From an uncultured Anaerolineae bacterium (lineage in GTDB: Bacteria; Chloroflexota; Anaerolineae; Anaerolineales; Villigracilaceae), in the NCBI GenBank assembly GCA_903910795.1, contig CAIWAX010000251.1:1-63913 (forward strand): a stretch of DNA of 63,913 nt, in the 5' to 3' direction. Shown here piece after piece: positions 8,911 through 18,404 of the stretch. The notes beneath the pieces were generated by a model. It was not told the DNA's origin and did no database searches. It saw only the letters and a program-made list of their open reading frames with translations. The position numbers and the translations under genes are program-made. Numbering within the stretch: position 1 is the first letter of the stretch; every line of letters starts with the position of its first letter.

Positions 8911-10548
8911 ATGAAATTCAAACGCTCAATGGTTTTGGTTTCGAATGATCCAGAAAGTCTGCGAAAAGGCGCAGCCGACGTATTTCGCGCATTTCAACTG
9001 GAACTCGCCAATTTTGACCTGACAGAAGAAATTTCTCTGACGCAATTTACAGATGGCGGGCGCGAAGACGCTCTTCCGCTTGTGATTGTTTACCCTGAAG
9101 CCTGCGCTTATGGGCCCGTCACCGTTGCCGATGTAAAACGCATCGTTGAAGAACATTTATACAAGGGCCGCCAGGTGGACGATCTATTGGCACCCGTCAA
9201 GGAATTGTCCGGTCGCATCGGTTGGCTGAAAACACGCAAGGGCACCCTTCCGTCCGAAAAACGTGTTGTACTGCGCCGCGCAGGCCGGATTGACCCGGAA
9301 AATATTGATGATTACATCGCTGATGAAGGTTATCAGGCGCTGGCAAAGGCCTTAAGCCTGACCCGCATGCAAGTGATCGAAGAATTGGAAGAAGCAGGAT
9401 TGCAGGGTCGCGGCGGTGCAGGGTTTCCTACCGGCCGAAAGTGGCGCTTCGTGGGTGCTACCAAAAGCCCTAAGAAATATGTTGTATGCAATGCTGACGA
9501 AAGCGAACCCGGTACCTTTAAAGACCGTGTGATTCTGGAAGGTGACCCTCACAGCATCCTGGAAGCCATGGCCATTGCCGGCTTTGCGGTTGGCGCAAAT
9601 GAAGGCTATATCTATGTGCGCGGGGAATACCAGCTTGCCCAGTACCGTCTTGAAAAAGCAATCCACCAGGCCCGCGAAATGGGCTTGCTTGGCGAAAATA
9701 TATTTGAATCGGGATTCAATTTCGATATTCATGTGCACAGCGGCGCCGGAGCTTACGTGTGCGGCGAAGAAACAGCCCTGCTCGAATCCATCGAAGGAAA
9801 ACGCGGCGAACCGCGCGCACGCCCACCCTACCCGACTACTCACGGTCTGTGGGGCAAACCAACCGTTGTCAACAATGTTGAGACTCTCGCCAATGTTCCT
9901 GCGATCATCCTGAACGGCGCCGAATGGTACCGTGGTTTAGGCACGCCATCCAGCCCGGGAACAAAAACCTACACTATTCTCGGAAATGTTAACTTCAAAG
10001 GCCTGATTGAAGTGCCGATGGGCATCACGCTGCGCGAGGTTATCAATATTTATGGGCAAGGTATCGTTCCCGGACAATCGTTCAAAATGGCCCAAACCGG
10101 CGGTTCAAGCGGTTCGATCATTCCGGCCAGTCTTCAGGATACACCCATGGATTTTGAATCGTTCCGCAAAGCGGGTGTCTCGCTGGGCTCCGGTGCGCTC
10201 CTGATCTGTGATGAACGAACTTGCATTGTCGATCTGGCTATCACATTGATGAAGTTCTTCAAGTTTGAATCGTGTGGCAAGTGCACCCCCTGCCGGGTTG
10301 GAACAGACCGCGCCTTGCGCATCCTGACAGCCATCAGTCAGGGTCAAGCTCACCTTGACGACCTGGATACCCTTTTGAAGCTCGCTGATGAGATGGAACT
10401 GGCTTCAAATTGTGGTTTGGGCCAAACCGCAGCGGTACCAATCCGGGACACATTGAAGTATTTCCGCGCCGAAGTTGAAGCACATATCCGCCTGGGCGTG
10501 TGCCCAACTGGTGTGTGTGATATGGCTTCCGAACTCGAAATGGCGTGA
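8911..10548 (+). CDS. hoxF: HoxF/NuoF-like NAD(P)H-binding flavoprotein subunit (no C-terminal ferredoxin domain)
   Basis: 'GRGGAGFPTGRKW', 'CNADESEPGTFKDR' and 'ESCGKCTPCRVG'. It ends without the 2x[4Fe-4S] extension present in 6541-8328. Confidence 0.9.
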   Translation: MKFKRSMVLVSNDPESLRKGAADVFRAFQLELANFDLTEEISLTQFTDGGREDALPLVIVYPEACAYGPVTVADVKRIVEEHLYKGRQVDDLLAPVKELSGRIGWLKTRKGTLPSEKRVVLRRAGRIDPENIDDYIADEGYQALAKALSLTRMQVIEELEEAGLQGRGGAGFPTGRKWRFVGATKSPKKYVVCNADESEPGTFKDRVILEGDPHSILEAMAIAGFAVGANEGYIYVRGEYQLAQYRLEKAIHQAREMGLLGENIFESGFNFDIHVHSGAGAYVCGEETALLESIEGKRGEPRARPPYPTTHGLWGKPTVVNNVETLANVPAIILNGAEWYRGLGTPSSPGTKTYTILGNVNFKGLIEVPMGITLREVINIYGQGIVPGQSFKMAQTGGSSGSIIPASLQDTPMDFESFRKAGVSLGSGALLICDERTCIVDLAITLMKFFKFESCGKCTPCRVGTDRALRILTAISQGQAHLDDLDTLLKLADEMELASNCGLGQTAAVPIRDTLKYFRAEVEAHIRLGVCPTGVCDMASELEMA

Positions 10549-10627
10549 AGCTGATTAAATCAAAAACCTGTAGCGCTTTGAAGAAACCCGGCGCTTATTT
10601 TGCAAGAATGAATTTAGCGAGGTTCTC

Positions 10628-12619
10628 ATGGTTCAACTAACGATTAATGGCAAACAGATCGAAGCTGCGGAAGGAACAACTGTTCTTTCTGCGGCAAAAC
10701 AGGCCGGAATTGAAATTCCAACCCTGTGCGCGCACAAAGAATTGACGCCATTCGGCGGCTGCCGCCTGTGTATTGTGGATGTGCAGGGTTTTCGTGTTCC
10801 GATTGCATCCTGTACGCTGCCAGTCAGCAACGGCATGGTGGTCAACACTGAAACCGAGGCCATCCAAAAGTCGCGCAAGTTTATCCTCTCGATGCTCTTC
10901 AGCGAGCGAAACCATTTCTGCCCATTCTGTCAGGTCAGCGGCGGCGATTGCGAGTTGCAAAACGCGGCTTATGCTGAAGACATGACTCACTGGCCGATGC
11001 AGCCCGGTTGGAATAAATACCCGGTTGACAGTTCCCACCCCTATTATGTGCTCGATAATAACCGCTGTATTTTGTGCAGACGCTGTGTTCGCGCTTGCGG
11101 CGAACTTGTCGGCAACTTTACACTGACCATGGCCGAACGCGGCGCATCCACCCTGGTGGTGGCAGATACCAATGTGCCGCTGGGCGAAAGCACCTGTATC
11201 AAGTGCGGCACCTGCGTGCAGGTCTGCCCAACAGGAGCATTGATCGACCGTACCAGCGCCTACCAGGGGCACGACCTGATGATGTCGGAAATCAAATCTG
11301 TGTGCATCGGTTGCTCTGTAGGGTGCGGTATCAAAATGATCGTGCATGACAATCGCATTGTACGCATTGAAGGCGATTGGGACGCACCTGTGAACCGCGG
11401 GGTTTTGTGCGAACACGGGCGGTATGACCCAATGAATGAAAAAAGAAACCGGATCACAAGCCCGATGTTACGCAAAGACGGCAAGTTGACTCCAGTTTCA
11501 TGGGACGAAGCATTGAGTGTTGTAGCGGATAAACTCAAACCCCTGGCTGGCAAAGAGCATGACGGTCTGGCAGCCCTTGCTTCCACCCGCTTGCCTGTGG
11601 AAGCACTTGCCATGTTCAAGGAATTATTTGCAGACGGTTTCAAAAGCGGCATGGTTACCAGTACTGAAGAAGGTATGACCACCGCCAGCGTCAACGCTGT
11701 CGCGGAAAAAGCAGGCGCTTTTGAAGGTAAACTGGATGTACTGAAAAATGCCGATGTGGTTTTGTGCATCGGCGCGAATGTCGCCAAAAGTCACATGGTG
11801 GCCGGTTTTATGATCAAACGCGCCCTGCCAAAAGGTATGCGCCTGGTAAACATCGATCCTGAAGCCAGCGAGCTGGATGACCTGGCAGATGTCTCGCTCA
11901 CACCCAAAACCGGGAGTGACCTGGCATTGGTGGAAGCCCTACAGGCTGTCATTGTCAAGGAAGGCTTGGGGCGCGCCCCACTTTCCATTCAGAATGCAGA
12001 CGGCTTGATTGAAGCCGGCGTCAATGCCAGCGGCGTGGATGCTGAAACTCTAAGCAGGGTTGCCCGCTTGCTGGCAAATGCTGTCAGCCCGGTGATTCTG
12101 TATGGCAAAGGTGTTACAGCCCAACGAGATGAAAAACTGGTTGAAGCCTTACTGGATTTGGCGAAGCTGACCGGCGCAGTGGATGCCGAACGCTTTGGTC
12201 TTCTATCGGTCAAGGGAGAAGCCAACAGTGTGGCGGCCGCGCAGTTCAACCTCGATAAGCAGTTCGTTTTGAACGGTCAGCAGGCAGTCTATGCGCTCAT
12301 TGGCGATGATTTTGTCTCACGGCGTCTGGCTGAACGATTGAGCAAAGCCCCTTACCTGGTTGTACAGGCGACCTACGCATCATTGGTCACTGAAAAAGCT
12401 GATGTGGTTTTGCCGGCCGCCCTCTGGTCGGAACAAGCCGGCCATTATGTCAACATGGACGGCCGCATCCAAACCGCTGAGAAAGCCATCAATGCACCTG
12501 ATGGCGTGCGGGAAAGTACCACAGTTCTGGCTGAAGTTGCCATGCGTATGAATATGCCGATCAAACAAGATTGGAACACCAGCCTGCGCACACGCAAAGC
12601 CAGTGTAACACTCGCTTAA
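10628..12619 (+). CDS. hoxU: HoxU/NuoG-like Fe-S subunit fused to a molybdopterin-oxidoreductase-like domain
   Basis: N-terminal [2Fe-2S] 'CAHKELTPFGGCRLCIV'. His-ligated cluster 'HFCPFCQVSGGDCELQ'. 2x[4Fe-4S] 'CILCRRCVRAC' and 'CIKCGTCVQVCP'. Then 'CIGCSVGCGI' plus about 400 aa of MopB-like sequence. At 663 aa it is far longer than a minimal HoxU. Confidence 0.85.
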   Translation: MVQLTINGKQIEAAEGTTVLSAAKQAGIEIPTLCAHKELTPFGGCRLCIVDVQGFRVPIASCTLPVSNGMVVNTETEAIQKSRKFILSMLFSERNHFCPFCQVSGGDCELQNAAYAEDMTHWPMQPGWNKYPVDSSHPYYVLDNNRCILCRRCVRACGELVGNFTLTMAERGASTLVVADTNVPLGESTCIKCGTCVQVCPTGALIDRTSAYQGHDLMMSEIKSVCIGCSVGCGIKMIVHDNRIVRIEGDWDAPVNRGVLCEHGRYDPMNEKRNRITSPMLRKDGKLTPVSWDEALSVVADKLKPLAGKEHDGLAALASTRLPVEALAMFKELFADGFKSGMVTSTEEGMTTASVNAVAEKAGAFEGKLDVLKNADVVLCIGANVAKSHMVAGFMIKRALPKGMRLVNIDPEASELDDLADVSLTPKTGSDLALVEALQAVIVKEGLGRAPLSIQNADGLIEAGVNASGVDAETLSRVARLLANAVSPVILYGKGVTAQRDEKLVEALLDLAKLTGAVDAERFGLLSVKGEANSVAAAQFNLDKQFVLNGQQAVYALIGDDFVSRRLAERLSKAPYLVVQATYASLVTEKADVVLPAALWSEQAGHYVNMDGRIQTAEKAINAPDGVRESTTVLAEVAMRMNMPIKQDWNTSLRTRKASVTLA

Positions 12620-12646
12620 CGGTAAAAAAAATCAAAGGAGAGAAAA

Positions 12647-13189
12647 ATGGGTAAACCAAAAATAGCATCTGACTGGATGTGCGGCTGCGCAGGTTGTCAC
12701 ATGTCCCTGCTCGATATGGATGAACGCATTCTGAAAGTGGTTGAGCTCGCCGATCTGCGCTCCACGCCCATCACGGATATGAAAGAACCTGATGCAAGCG
12801 GCGTGGATGTGGGCGTGCTCGAAGGCGCCATCAACAATACCGCTAACGAAGAAGTAGCTCACAAATTCCGCCAGCGCTCCAAGATCCTGGTGGCGCTGGG
12901 CGATTGCGCAGTTTTTGGCGGAGTACCGGCCATGCGCAATTTCTGCGGCGTCAAAGAAGCTTTGCAGCGTGCCTACGTGGATGCTGAAAGTAACGAACCT
13001 GGCAGCCAGATTCCCAATGATCCAGAACTGGCGACGATGACCAAAACCCGCGCTATCCAGGAAGTCGTGCCAGTAGACTATAATGTGCCTGGCTGTCCAC
13101 CGGATGCGGATGTAATCTTTTATGTTTTGAGCGAACTGGCCCAGGGTCGCAAGCCAGTGCTTAAAAACGAATTGCTCCACTGGCATTAG
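12647..13189 (+). CDS. hoxY: [NiFe] hydrogenase small subunit (group 3, HoxY-like)
   Basis: 'WMCGCAGCHMSLLD', 'ALGDCAVFGG' and 'VPGCPP' form the proximal-cluster Cys pattern of the NuoB/HoxY family. Confidence 0.9.
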   Translation: MGKPKIASDWMCGCAGCHMSLLDMDERILKVVELADLRSTPITDMKEPDASGVDVGVLEGAINNTANEEVAHKFRQRSKILVALGDCAVFGGVPAMRNFCGVKEALQRAYVDAESNEPGSQIPNDPELATMTKTRAIQEVVPVDYNVPGCPPDADVIFYVLSELAQGRKPVLKNELLHWH

Positions 13190-13205
13190 GCTGAGGAAAA
13201 AAACG

Positions 13206-14633
13206 ATGACCACACAAAAAATTACCATTGAGCCCGTAACCCGGATTGAAGGCCACGCCAAGGTCACCATCCATATAAAAGAGGATGGATCCGTTGAACA
13301 TGCTTACATGCATGTCAATGAGTTCCGCGGTTTCGAGAAATTCTGCGAAGGGCGTCTGTATTTCGAAATGCCTCAGATCACCCCGCGCATTTGCGGAATC
13401 TGCCCGGTGAGCCATCATCTGGCTGCCGCCAAGGCCTCCGACATGCTGACTGGCCAAACGCCTCCGCGACCGGCCAACTTACTGCGTGAACTGATGCACA
13501 TGGGGCAAATCATTCAGAGCCACGGTATGCACTTCTTTGAACTGGCCGGGCCTGACCTACTGCTGGGCTTTGATGCCAACCCGGAAATCCGGAATGTAGT
13601 TGGGTTGATTGGCGCCAACCCGGAATTGACCGTCAAGGCAGTCATGTTGCGTAAATTCGGCCAGGAGATCATTCATACCCTGGGCGGACGGCGTATTCAT
13701 CCCAATTTTGCTGTTCCGGGCGGCGTCAACAAAGCCTTAAAAGCACCTGAACGCGATACCATCCTGGGTGGCATTGATGCTGCCATCTCCACACTGCAAA
13801 TCGGTTTACAAATCATGAAGGATTGGGCCGAACGCAATATGGAAGACATCAACAAATTCGCTGTCTTCCCCACCGGATACTTCGGCCTGGTAACACCTGA
13901 AAACGGTCTGGAGCTATATGACGGTGATATCCGCCTGATCGATCAGCAAGGCAAGGATCTTGAACGCTTTCGCGGCGAAAAATATCTGGATTACATTACA
14001 GAACATGTTGAACCCTGGTCTTACCTGAAATTTCCCTATTACAAACCGATGGGTTTCCCAGGTGGTGTTTACCGGGTTGGGCCGCTGGGACGTTTGAATA
14101 TTGCCGAGAAAATCGATACCCCGCTAGCCAATGCAGAATTGAAACTTTTCAAGGGTCTTAGTGGCGGCAAACCGGTTGAGAATACACTTTATTACCACTA
14201 TGCTCGTCTGATCGAAGCGTTGTTCGCCACGGAGCGCGTGCGGATTTTGTGCGATGATCCAGACATCCTGAGTACTGATATTCTCAACACCCGCCAGAAT
14301 TTCACCGGGCATGGCGTGGGAGTGATCGAAGCCCCGCGCGGCACACTCATCCACGATTACACCACTGACGAAAACGGCAAGTTGCTCAAGGTTAACTTGA
14401 TTGTCTCCACCGGTCACAACAACTGGGCCATGAGCAACTCGGTTGACAGCGTAGCCAAAACATACGTTCACGGCCCGGATGTTACGCAAGGTATGCTCAA
14501 TCGTGTTGAAGCTGCCATTCGCGCTTATGATCCATGCCTTTCCTGTTCCACACATGCCATTGGACAAATGCCCATCCAACTGGAAATCATCGGCCCCGAA
14601 GGTGATTTGATCAAAACGATCACCCGCGACTAA
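13206..14633 (+). CDS. hoxH: [NiFe] hydrogenase large subunit (group 3, HoxH-like)
   Basis: N-terminal 'RIEGHAKV' and 'RICGICPVSH' (L1/L2). C-terminal 'DPCLSCSTH' Ni-binding motif, followed by a 25-aa tail of the kind removed by the maturation protease. Confidence 0.95.
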   Translation: MTTQKITIEPVTRIEGHAKVTIHIKEDGSVEHAYMHVNEFRGFEKFCEGRLYFEMPQITPRICGICPVSHHLAAAKASDMLTGQTPPRPANLLRELMHMGQIIQSHGMHFFELAGPDLLLGFDANPEIRNVVGLIGANPELTVKAVMLRKFGQEIIHTLGGRRIHPNFAVPGGVNKALKAPERDTILGGIDAAISTLQIGLQIMKDWAERNMEDINKFAVFPTGYFGLVTPENGLELYDGDIRLIDQQGKDLERFRGEKYLDYITEHVEPWSYLKFPYYKPMGFPGGVYRVGPLGRLNIAEKIDTPLANAELKLFKGLSGGKPVENTLYYHYARLIEALFATERVRILCDDPDILSTDILNTRQNFTGHGVGVIEAPRGTLIHDYTTDENGKLLKVNLIVSTGHNNWAMSNSVDSVAKTYVHGPDVTQGMLNRVEAAIRAYDPCLSCSTHAIGQMPIQLEIIGPEGDLIKTITRD

Positions 14634-14665
14634 ACCGATTAGAAATAATAATAGGTTCATTATTT

Positions 14666-16224
14666 GTAACTGCTCAGGCAGCAATTTTTTGAAAAAACAT
14701 TGTCAAAAACACAAAAGTCAGCCACAATATACCAATGGAACCGATGTATCAGTTCACCGAGGAAGATATACGCGCCATCTATCGTTTAGGCGAAGATGAA
14801 ACTGTTGCATTTATCTGGAACATGCTCCAAAATTACAAGACACTGTCAGAGCGCATCCAGAAACTCGAAGATCAAATTGCAAAAAACAGTGGCAATAGCG
14901 GTAAACCACCATCGAGTGACGGCCTGACCAAAAAGACGAAAAGCCTGCGGCACAAGAGTGGCAAAAAGAGTGGTGGTCAGGATGGTCATCCTGGGAGCAC
15001 GTTGAAAGCGGTGGAGCACCCAGATTATGTGGAAAAGCATGACGTGAAGCAGTGCCAACATTGTCATGCGAATTTGGAGCATGTAAAAGCGAAAAGGATC
15101 GAAAAGCGCCAAGTTTTTGACGTACCGCCAACCAAAGTAGAAGTCACCGAACATATTGCGGAAGTCAAAGATTGTCCAACTTGTCATCAGACAACGACGG
15201 GTACCTTTCCGCCAGAAGTCAGCCAGCCTGTGCAATATGGCATCCGGATCAAAGCACAAATGGTGTACTTTAATCAGCAGCACCATATTCCTCTGGAACG
15301 TACAGCAGAAATCATAGAAGACCTTTATGACCAATCGATCAGCGAAGGCACGATTGTGGAAGCCTGCAATCAGATGTCTCAACAGGTTGAGCCTATGATC
15401 GAAGCGATCAAAGAAGAACTGAAAAACACGACCGAAACGGCTCATTTTGATGAAACGGGTGGTCGCATCAATGGGAAGTTGTGGTGGTTTCATGTGGTTT
15501 GCACCGCATTCTTGACTTTGTATGCCATCCATCCAAAACGAGGCAGCAAAGCGTTGAATGAGATTGGCATATTCCCAATATTCAAAGGAACGGCGATGCA
15601 CGATGCCTACTGCTCATACTTTCAATATGAGGCTGTGACCAATGCTCTCTGCAATGCCCATCATTTGCGCGACTTGATTTTTATCGAAGAACAATATCAT
15701 CAAGCCTGGGCCTCTGACATGAAAAAATTACTGCTGGAGATTAAGACAGCTGTTGAAGACTCTCCACCTGAGCAAACTTTCTTGCCGCCAGATCAAATCG
15801 CTGACTTTGAAATCCGTTATGATGCCATTGTTGAGGCTGGGTTGCAGATCAACCCGCTTGCAGAACCGGATTTGACATTGCCAAAGAAACGAGGCAAGCC
15901 CAAGAAGCACCCGGCAAGAAACCTCGCCGAACATCTCAAAGCCAGAAAGCGAGAAACACTGGCTTTTATGGTTGATTTTAAGGTTCCGTTTGATAATAAT
16001 CAAGCTGAACGCGATTTGCGCATGGTCAAACTGAAGCAGAAAGTGTCTGGTTGTTTTCGGTCAGAAGATGGCGCCAAAGTCTTTTCTAACATCCGAAGTT
16101 ACATCTCTACTTCTCGTAAAAACGACCAGAGAGTTCTGGATGTCTTGCAATTGGCATTAGCTGGAATTCCTTATGTTCCGCCGATCCTTCAGGCTCATTT
16201 CTGCCTTTCAGCCTGAGCAGTTAC
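14666..16224 (+). mobile_element. IS66-family insertion sequence (single-ORF type), intact
   Basis: 14-bp perfect terminal inverted repeats: GTAACTGCTCAGGC (14666-14679) and GCCTGAGCAGTTAC (16211-16224). They are flanked by an identical 8-bp direct repeat CATTATTT (14658-14665 and 16225-16232). A GTAA terminus and an 8-bp TSD are hallmarks of IS66. Confidence 0.85.
14735..16216 (+). CDS. IS66-family transposase
   Basis: 493 aa. N-terminal leucine-zipper-like region, zinc-finger 'CQHCHANL...CPTCHQ', 'HFDETGGRINGK', 'CNAHHLRDL' and 'DNNQAERDLRMVKLKQKVSGCFRS' are typical of IS66 TnpC. The stop codon lies inside the right IR. Confidence 0.9.
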   Translation: MEPMYQFTEEDIRAIYRLGEDETVAFIWNMLQNYKTLSERIQKLEDQIAKNSGNSGKPPSSDGLTKKTKSLRHKSGKKSGGQDGHPGSTLKAVEHPDYVEKHDVKQCQHCHANLEHVKAKRIEKRQVFDVPPTKVEVTEHIAEVKDCPTCHQTTTGTFPPEVSQPVQYGIRIKAQMVYFNQQHHIPLERTAEIIEDLYDQSISEGTIVEACNQMSQQVEPMIEAIKEELKNTTETAHFDETGGRINGKLWWFHVVCTAFLTLYAIHPKRGSKALNEIGIFPIFKGTAMHDAYCSYFQYEAVTNALCNAHHLRDLIFIEEQYHQAWASDMKKLLLEIKTAVEDSPPEQTFLPPDQIADFEIRYDAIVEAGLQINPLAEPDLTLPKKRGKPKKHPARNLAEHLKARKRETLAFMVDFKVPFDNNQAERDLRMVKLKQKVSGCFRSEDGAKVFSNIRSYISTSRKNDQRVLDVLQLALAGIPYVPPILQAHFCLSA

Positions 16225-16321
16225 CATTATTTTATTTTGGCCCTAAAGGCGTAAAATAGATAAAATAAATACGCCGTTATCAAAAGGGTTTATCCCACCT
16301 GCAACCAAAAGGAAAAAACTC

Positions 16322-16768
16322 ATGACAATCGTTCGAAAATTGCTCAATGAAAAATCAGATTCAACAGTTTACGCAGTTGCGTCCACCAGCACCGTTTTGG
16401 ATGCGCTCAAGGCCATGATCGAAGCCAATACTGGCGCAATTTTGGTCAGCGAAGGAAACAAAATCGTTGGCATTTTCACTGAACGTGATTATGCACGCCA
16501 GGGTGAGATTAAAGGCCGCGCTGCCCAGGATACCCTGATCAGCGAGGTGATGACCAAGGAAATGGTCATGGTTAAACCTGAAACATCAGTTCGCCAGTGC
16601 GTTGATTTGATGAGCAGATACAAAGTCCGCCATTTACCTGTGCTGGAAAATGAGCATGTGATTGGTGTTGTCTCCCTGCGCCGCCTCGCTGAAGCACTGG
16701 TTGATGAACAGAAAGGCACCATCACCGAATTGGAAAACTACATCATGGGGACAGGCTACGGTCGATAA
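16322..16768 (+). CDS. CBS-pair domain protein
   Basis: Two CBS motifs ('TGAILVSEGNKIVGIFTERDYAR', 'VRHLPVLENEHVIGVVSLRRLAE'). Confidence 0.8.
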   Translation: MTIVRKLLNEKSDSTVYAVASTSTVLDALKAMIEANTGAILVSEGNKIVGIFTERDYARQGEIKGRAAQDTLISEVMTKEMVMVKPETSVRQCVDLMSRYKVRHLPVLENEHVIGVVSLRRLAEALVDEQKGTITELENYIMGTGYGR

Positions 16769-16771
16769 ATT

Positions 16772-17254
16772 TTGAACCGTATTCTGTTAATTGGTTTTGG
16801 AAACCCAGACCGGCAGGATGATGGTTTGGCATGGCACATTCTCCAGGCATTTGCCGGGAAGATGGGTTTGCCTGTTCCGCTGAGTTATGAAGATGAATTT
16901 CCGGAAAACAATCACCTGGATTTCGCATTTAATTTACAGCTTACTCCGGAAATGGCCGAAGACATCAGCAAATATGAATGCGTGGTTTTTGTAGACGCGC
17001 ATACCGGTGATATCCCTGAGCCAGTCCGCCTGATAGAAGTTGAAAGCGAATTCCAGCGCTCGCCTTTCACCCATCATCTGACTCCGCAGTCTTTGCTGGC
17101 GATGTGTGAAACAATTTACAATAAAAAGCCCCGGGCTGCATTGCTTTCAGTCCGGGGCTATAAATTTGGTTTTGATCGGGAGCTGTCTGAGATGAGCAGG
17201 GCGCTTGTACCCGAGGCTGTTAATTTGATCGAAGATTGGCTCTCGGGGTTTTAA
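16772..17254 (+). CDS. hoxW: [NiFe] hydrogenase maturation endopeptidase (HoxW/HycI family)
   Basis: 'ILLIGFGNPDRQDDGLAWH' and 'VVFVDAHTG' are the conserved metal-ligand regions of hydrogenase maturation proteases. TTG start as in the ORF track. Confidence 0.85.
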   Translation: MNRILLIGFGNPDRQDDGLAWHILQAFAGKMGLPVPLSYEDEFPENNHLDFAFNLQLTPEMAEDISKYECVVFVDAHTGDIPEPVRLIEVESEFQRSPFTHHLTPQSLLAMCETIYNKKPRAALLSVRGYKFGFDRELSEMSRALVPEAVNLIEDWLSGF

Positions 17255-17309
17255 GCCTGCAAGTCTATGGTATTTTTCTCCACTCATTATCCCAATGAGA
17301 AGGCAAGAA

Positions 17310-18365
17310 TTACAAAAGTGGGTGCCAGAGAATAGAGAGAAGGATGGAAAGCGCTGCCAAAAGCGCGCCAACTGCTGTAAATAGCACACTGATTTCAAAG
17401 GATTCATGCTTAATAACCAGATCCATTGGTAGGCCTTCAAATACTTTTTGAAGTTCACTGGCTGAGACAGCCGTGTAATACGAACCACCCGTCAGATCAG
17501 CTACGCTTTTCAAAGTCACAGCGTCAAGCGCCCGATTGAAACCCCCACCATTCTGCCGCCCACCACCAAATCCAAACTGGCCGCCGCCAAACCCCAGTTG
17601 CTGTCCACAATTCGGAACAGATTCGTTCGCGTTAGTGCCAAATCCAATTGTAAAAACGCGGATACCCCGATTCGCTGCCTCCTGGGCAGCATCCATTGGT
17701 AAAGGTCCAACGTTACTGACACCATCTGTTAGCAATACGATGATCGCAGGCGCGTAAGCGCCTTTGGGAACGGGGGGAGGAATGACACCATTCGTGATAC
17801 TGCTGTCACTAGGCGGAATGCTTTTATCAATTTCAGCAATTGCATCGATAGATTTTTCAATGGCGCTCCCAATGGCAGTCCTGGAAGCGGTAGCGATCCG
17901 TTCTACAGCTATCTGCAACAACTTTTGGTCATCCGTGGGCGGTTGAATAATTGCGGCAAAACCAGCAAAAACAACTATTCCAATCTGGGTTTGAGAATTT
18001 TGGCTCTTTATAAAAGACAGAGCCGCCGATTTGGCTGCTTCGATGCGGTTGGGTTTTATATCTGTGGAACACATGCTGCGCGAGGCATCGATGGCAATGA
18101 TAACTGTGGTTTGATTAGTTGGAACAGTCAGAATGGCCATCGGTCGGGTCAACGCAAAAATTAAGGAAACCAGCCCAAGAACAAATAATACGAAGGGGAA
18201 ATGACGGCGCAACCAGGAATATTTCGGTAGCGCTTCACGAATTAAGGACAGGCTGGAATACCTCACGCTATTACGTGTTTTTCGACGCAAAACCCAAATA
18301 TATACCCCAATCAGGATAGGTATCAACACCAATAACAAAAGAAAACCGGGCCAGATCAAATCCAT
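17310..18365 (-). CDS. VWA-domain membrane protein (BatA-like)
   Basis: N-terminal TM helices, MIDAS 'IIAIDASRSM' and a C-terminal TM segment. Confidence 0.8.
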   Translation of the reverse strand: MDLIWPGFLLLLVLIPILIGVYIWVLRRKTRNSVRYSSLSLIREALPKYSWLRRHFPFVLFVLGLVSLIFALTRPMAILTVPTNQTTVIIAIDASRSMCSTDIKPNRIEAAKSAALSFIKSQNSQTQIGIVVFAGFAAIIQPPTDDQKLLQIAVERIATASRTAIGSAIEKSIDAIAEIDKSIPPSDSSITNGVIPPPVPKGAYAPAIIVLLTDGVSNVGPLPMDAAQEAANRGIRVFTIGFGTNANESVPNCGQQLGFGGGQFGFGGGRQNGGGFNRALDAVTLKSVADLTGGSYYTAVSASELQKVFEGLPMDLVIKHESFEISVLFTAVGALLAALSILLSILWHPLL

Positions 18366-18404
18366 TTAAAACTCCAAAATCGACTGCTGCGCAGCCGGAC
18401 ACAA

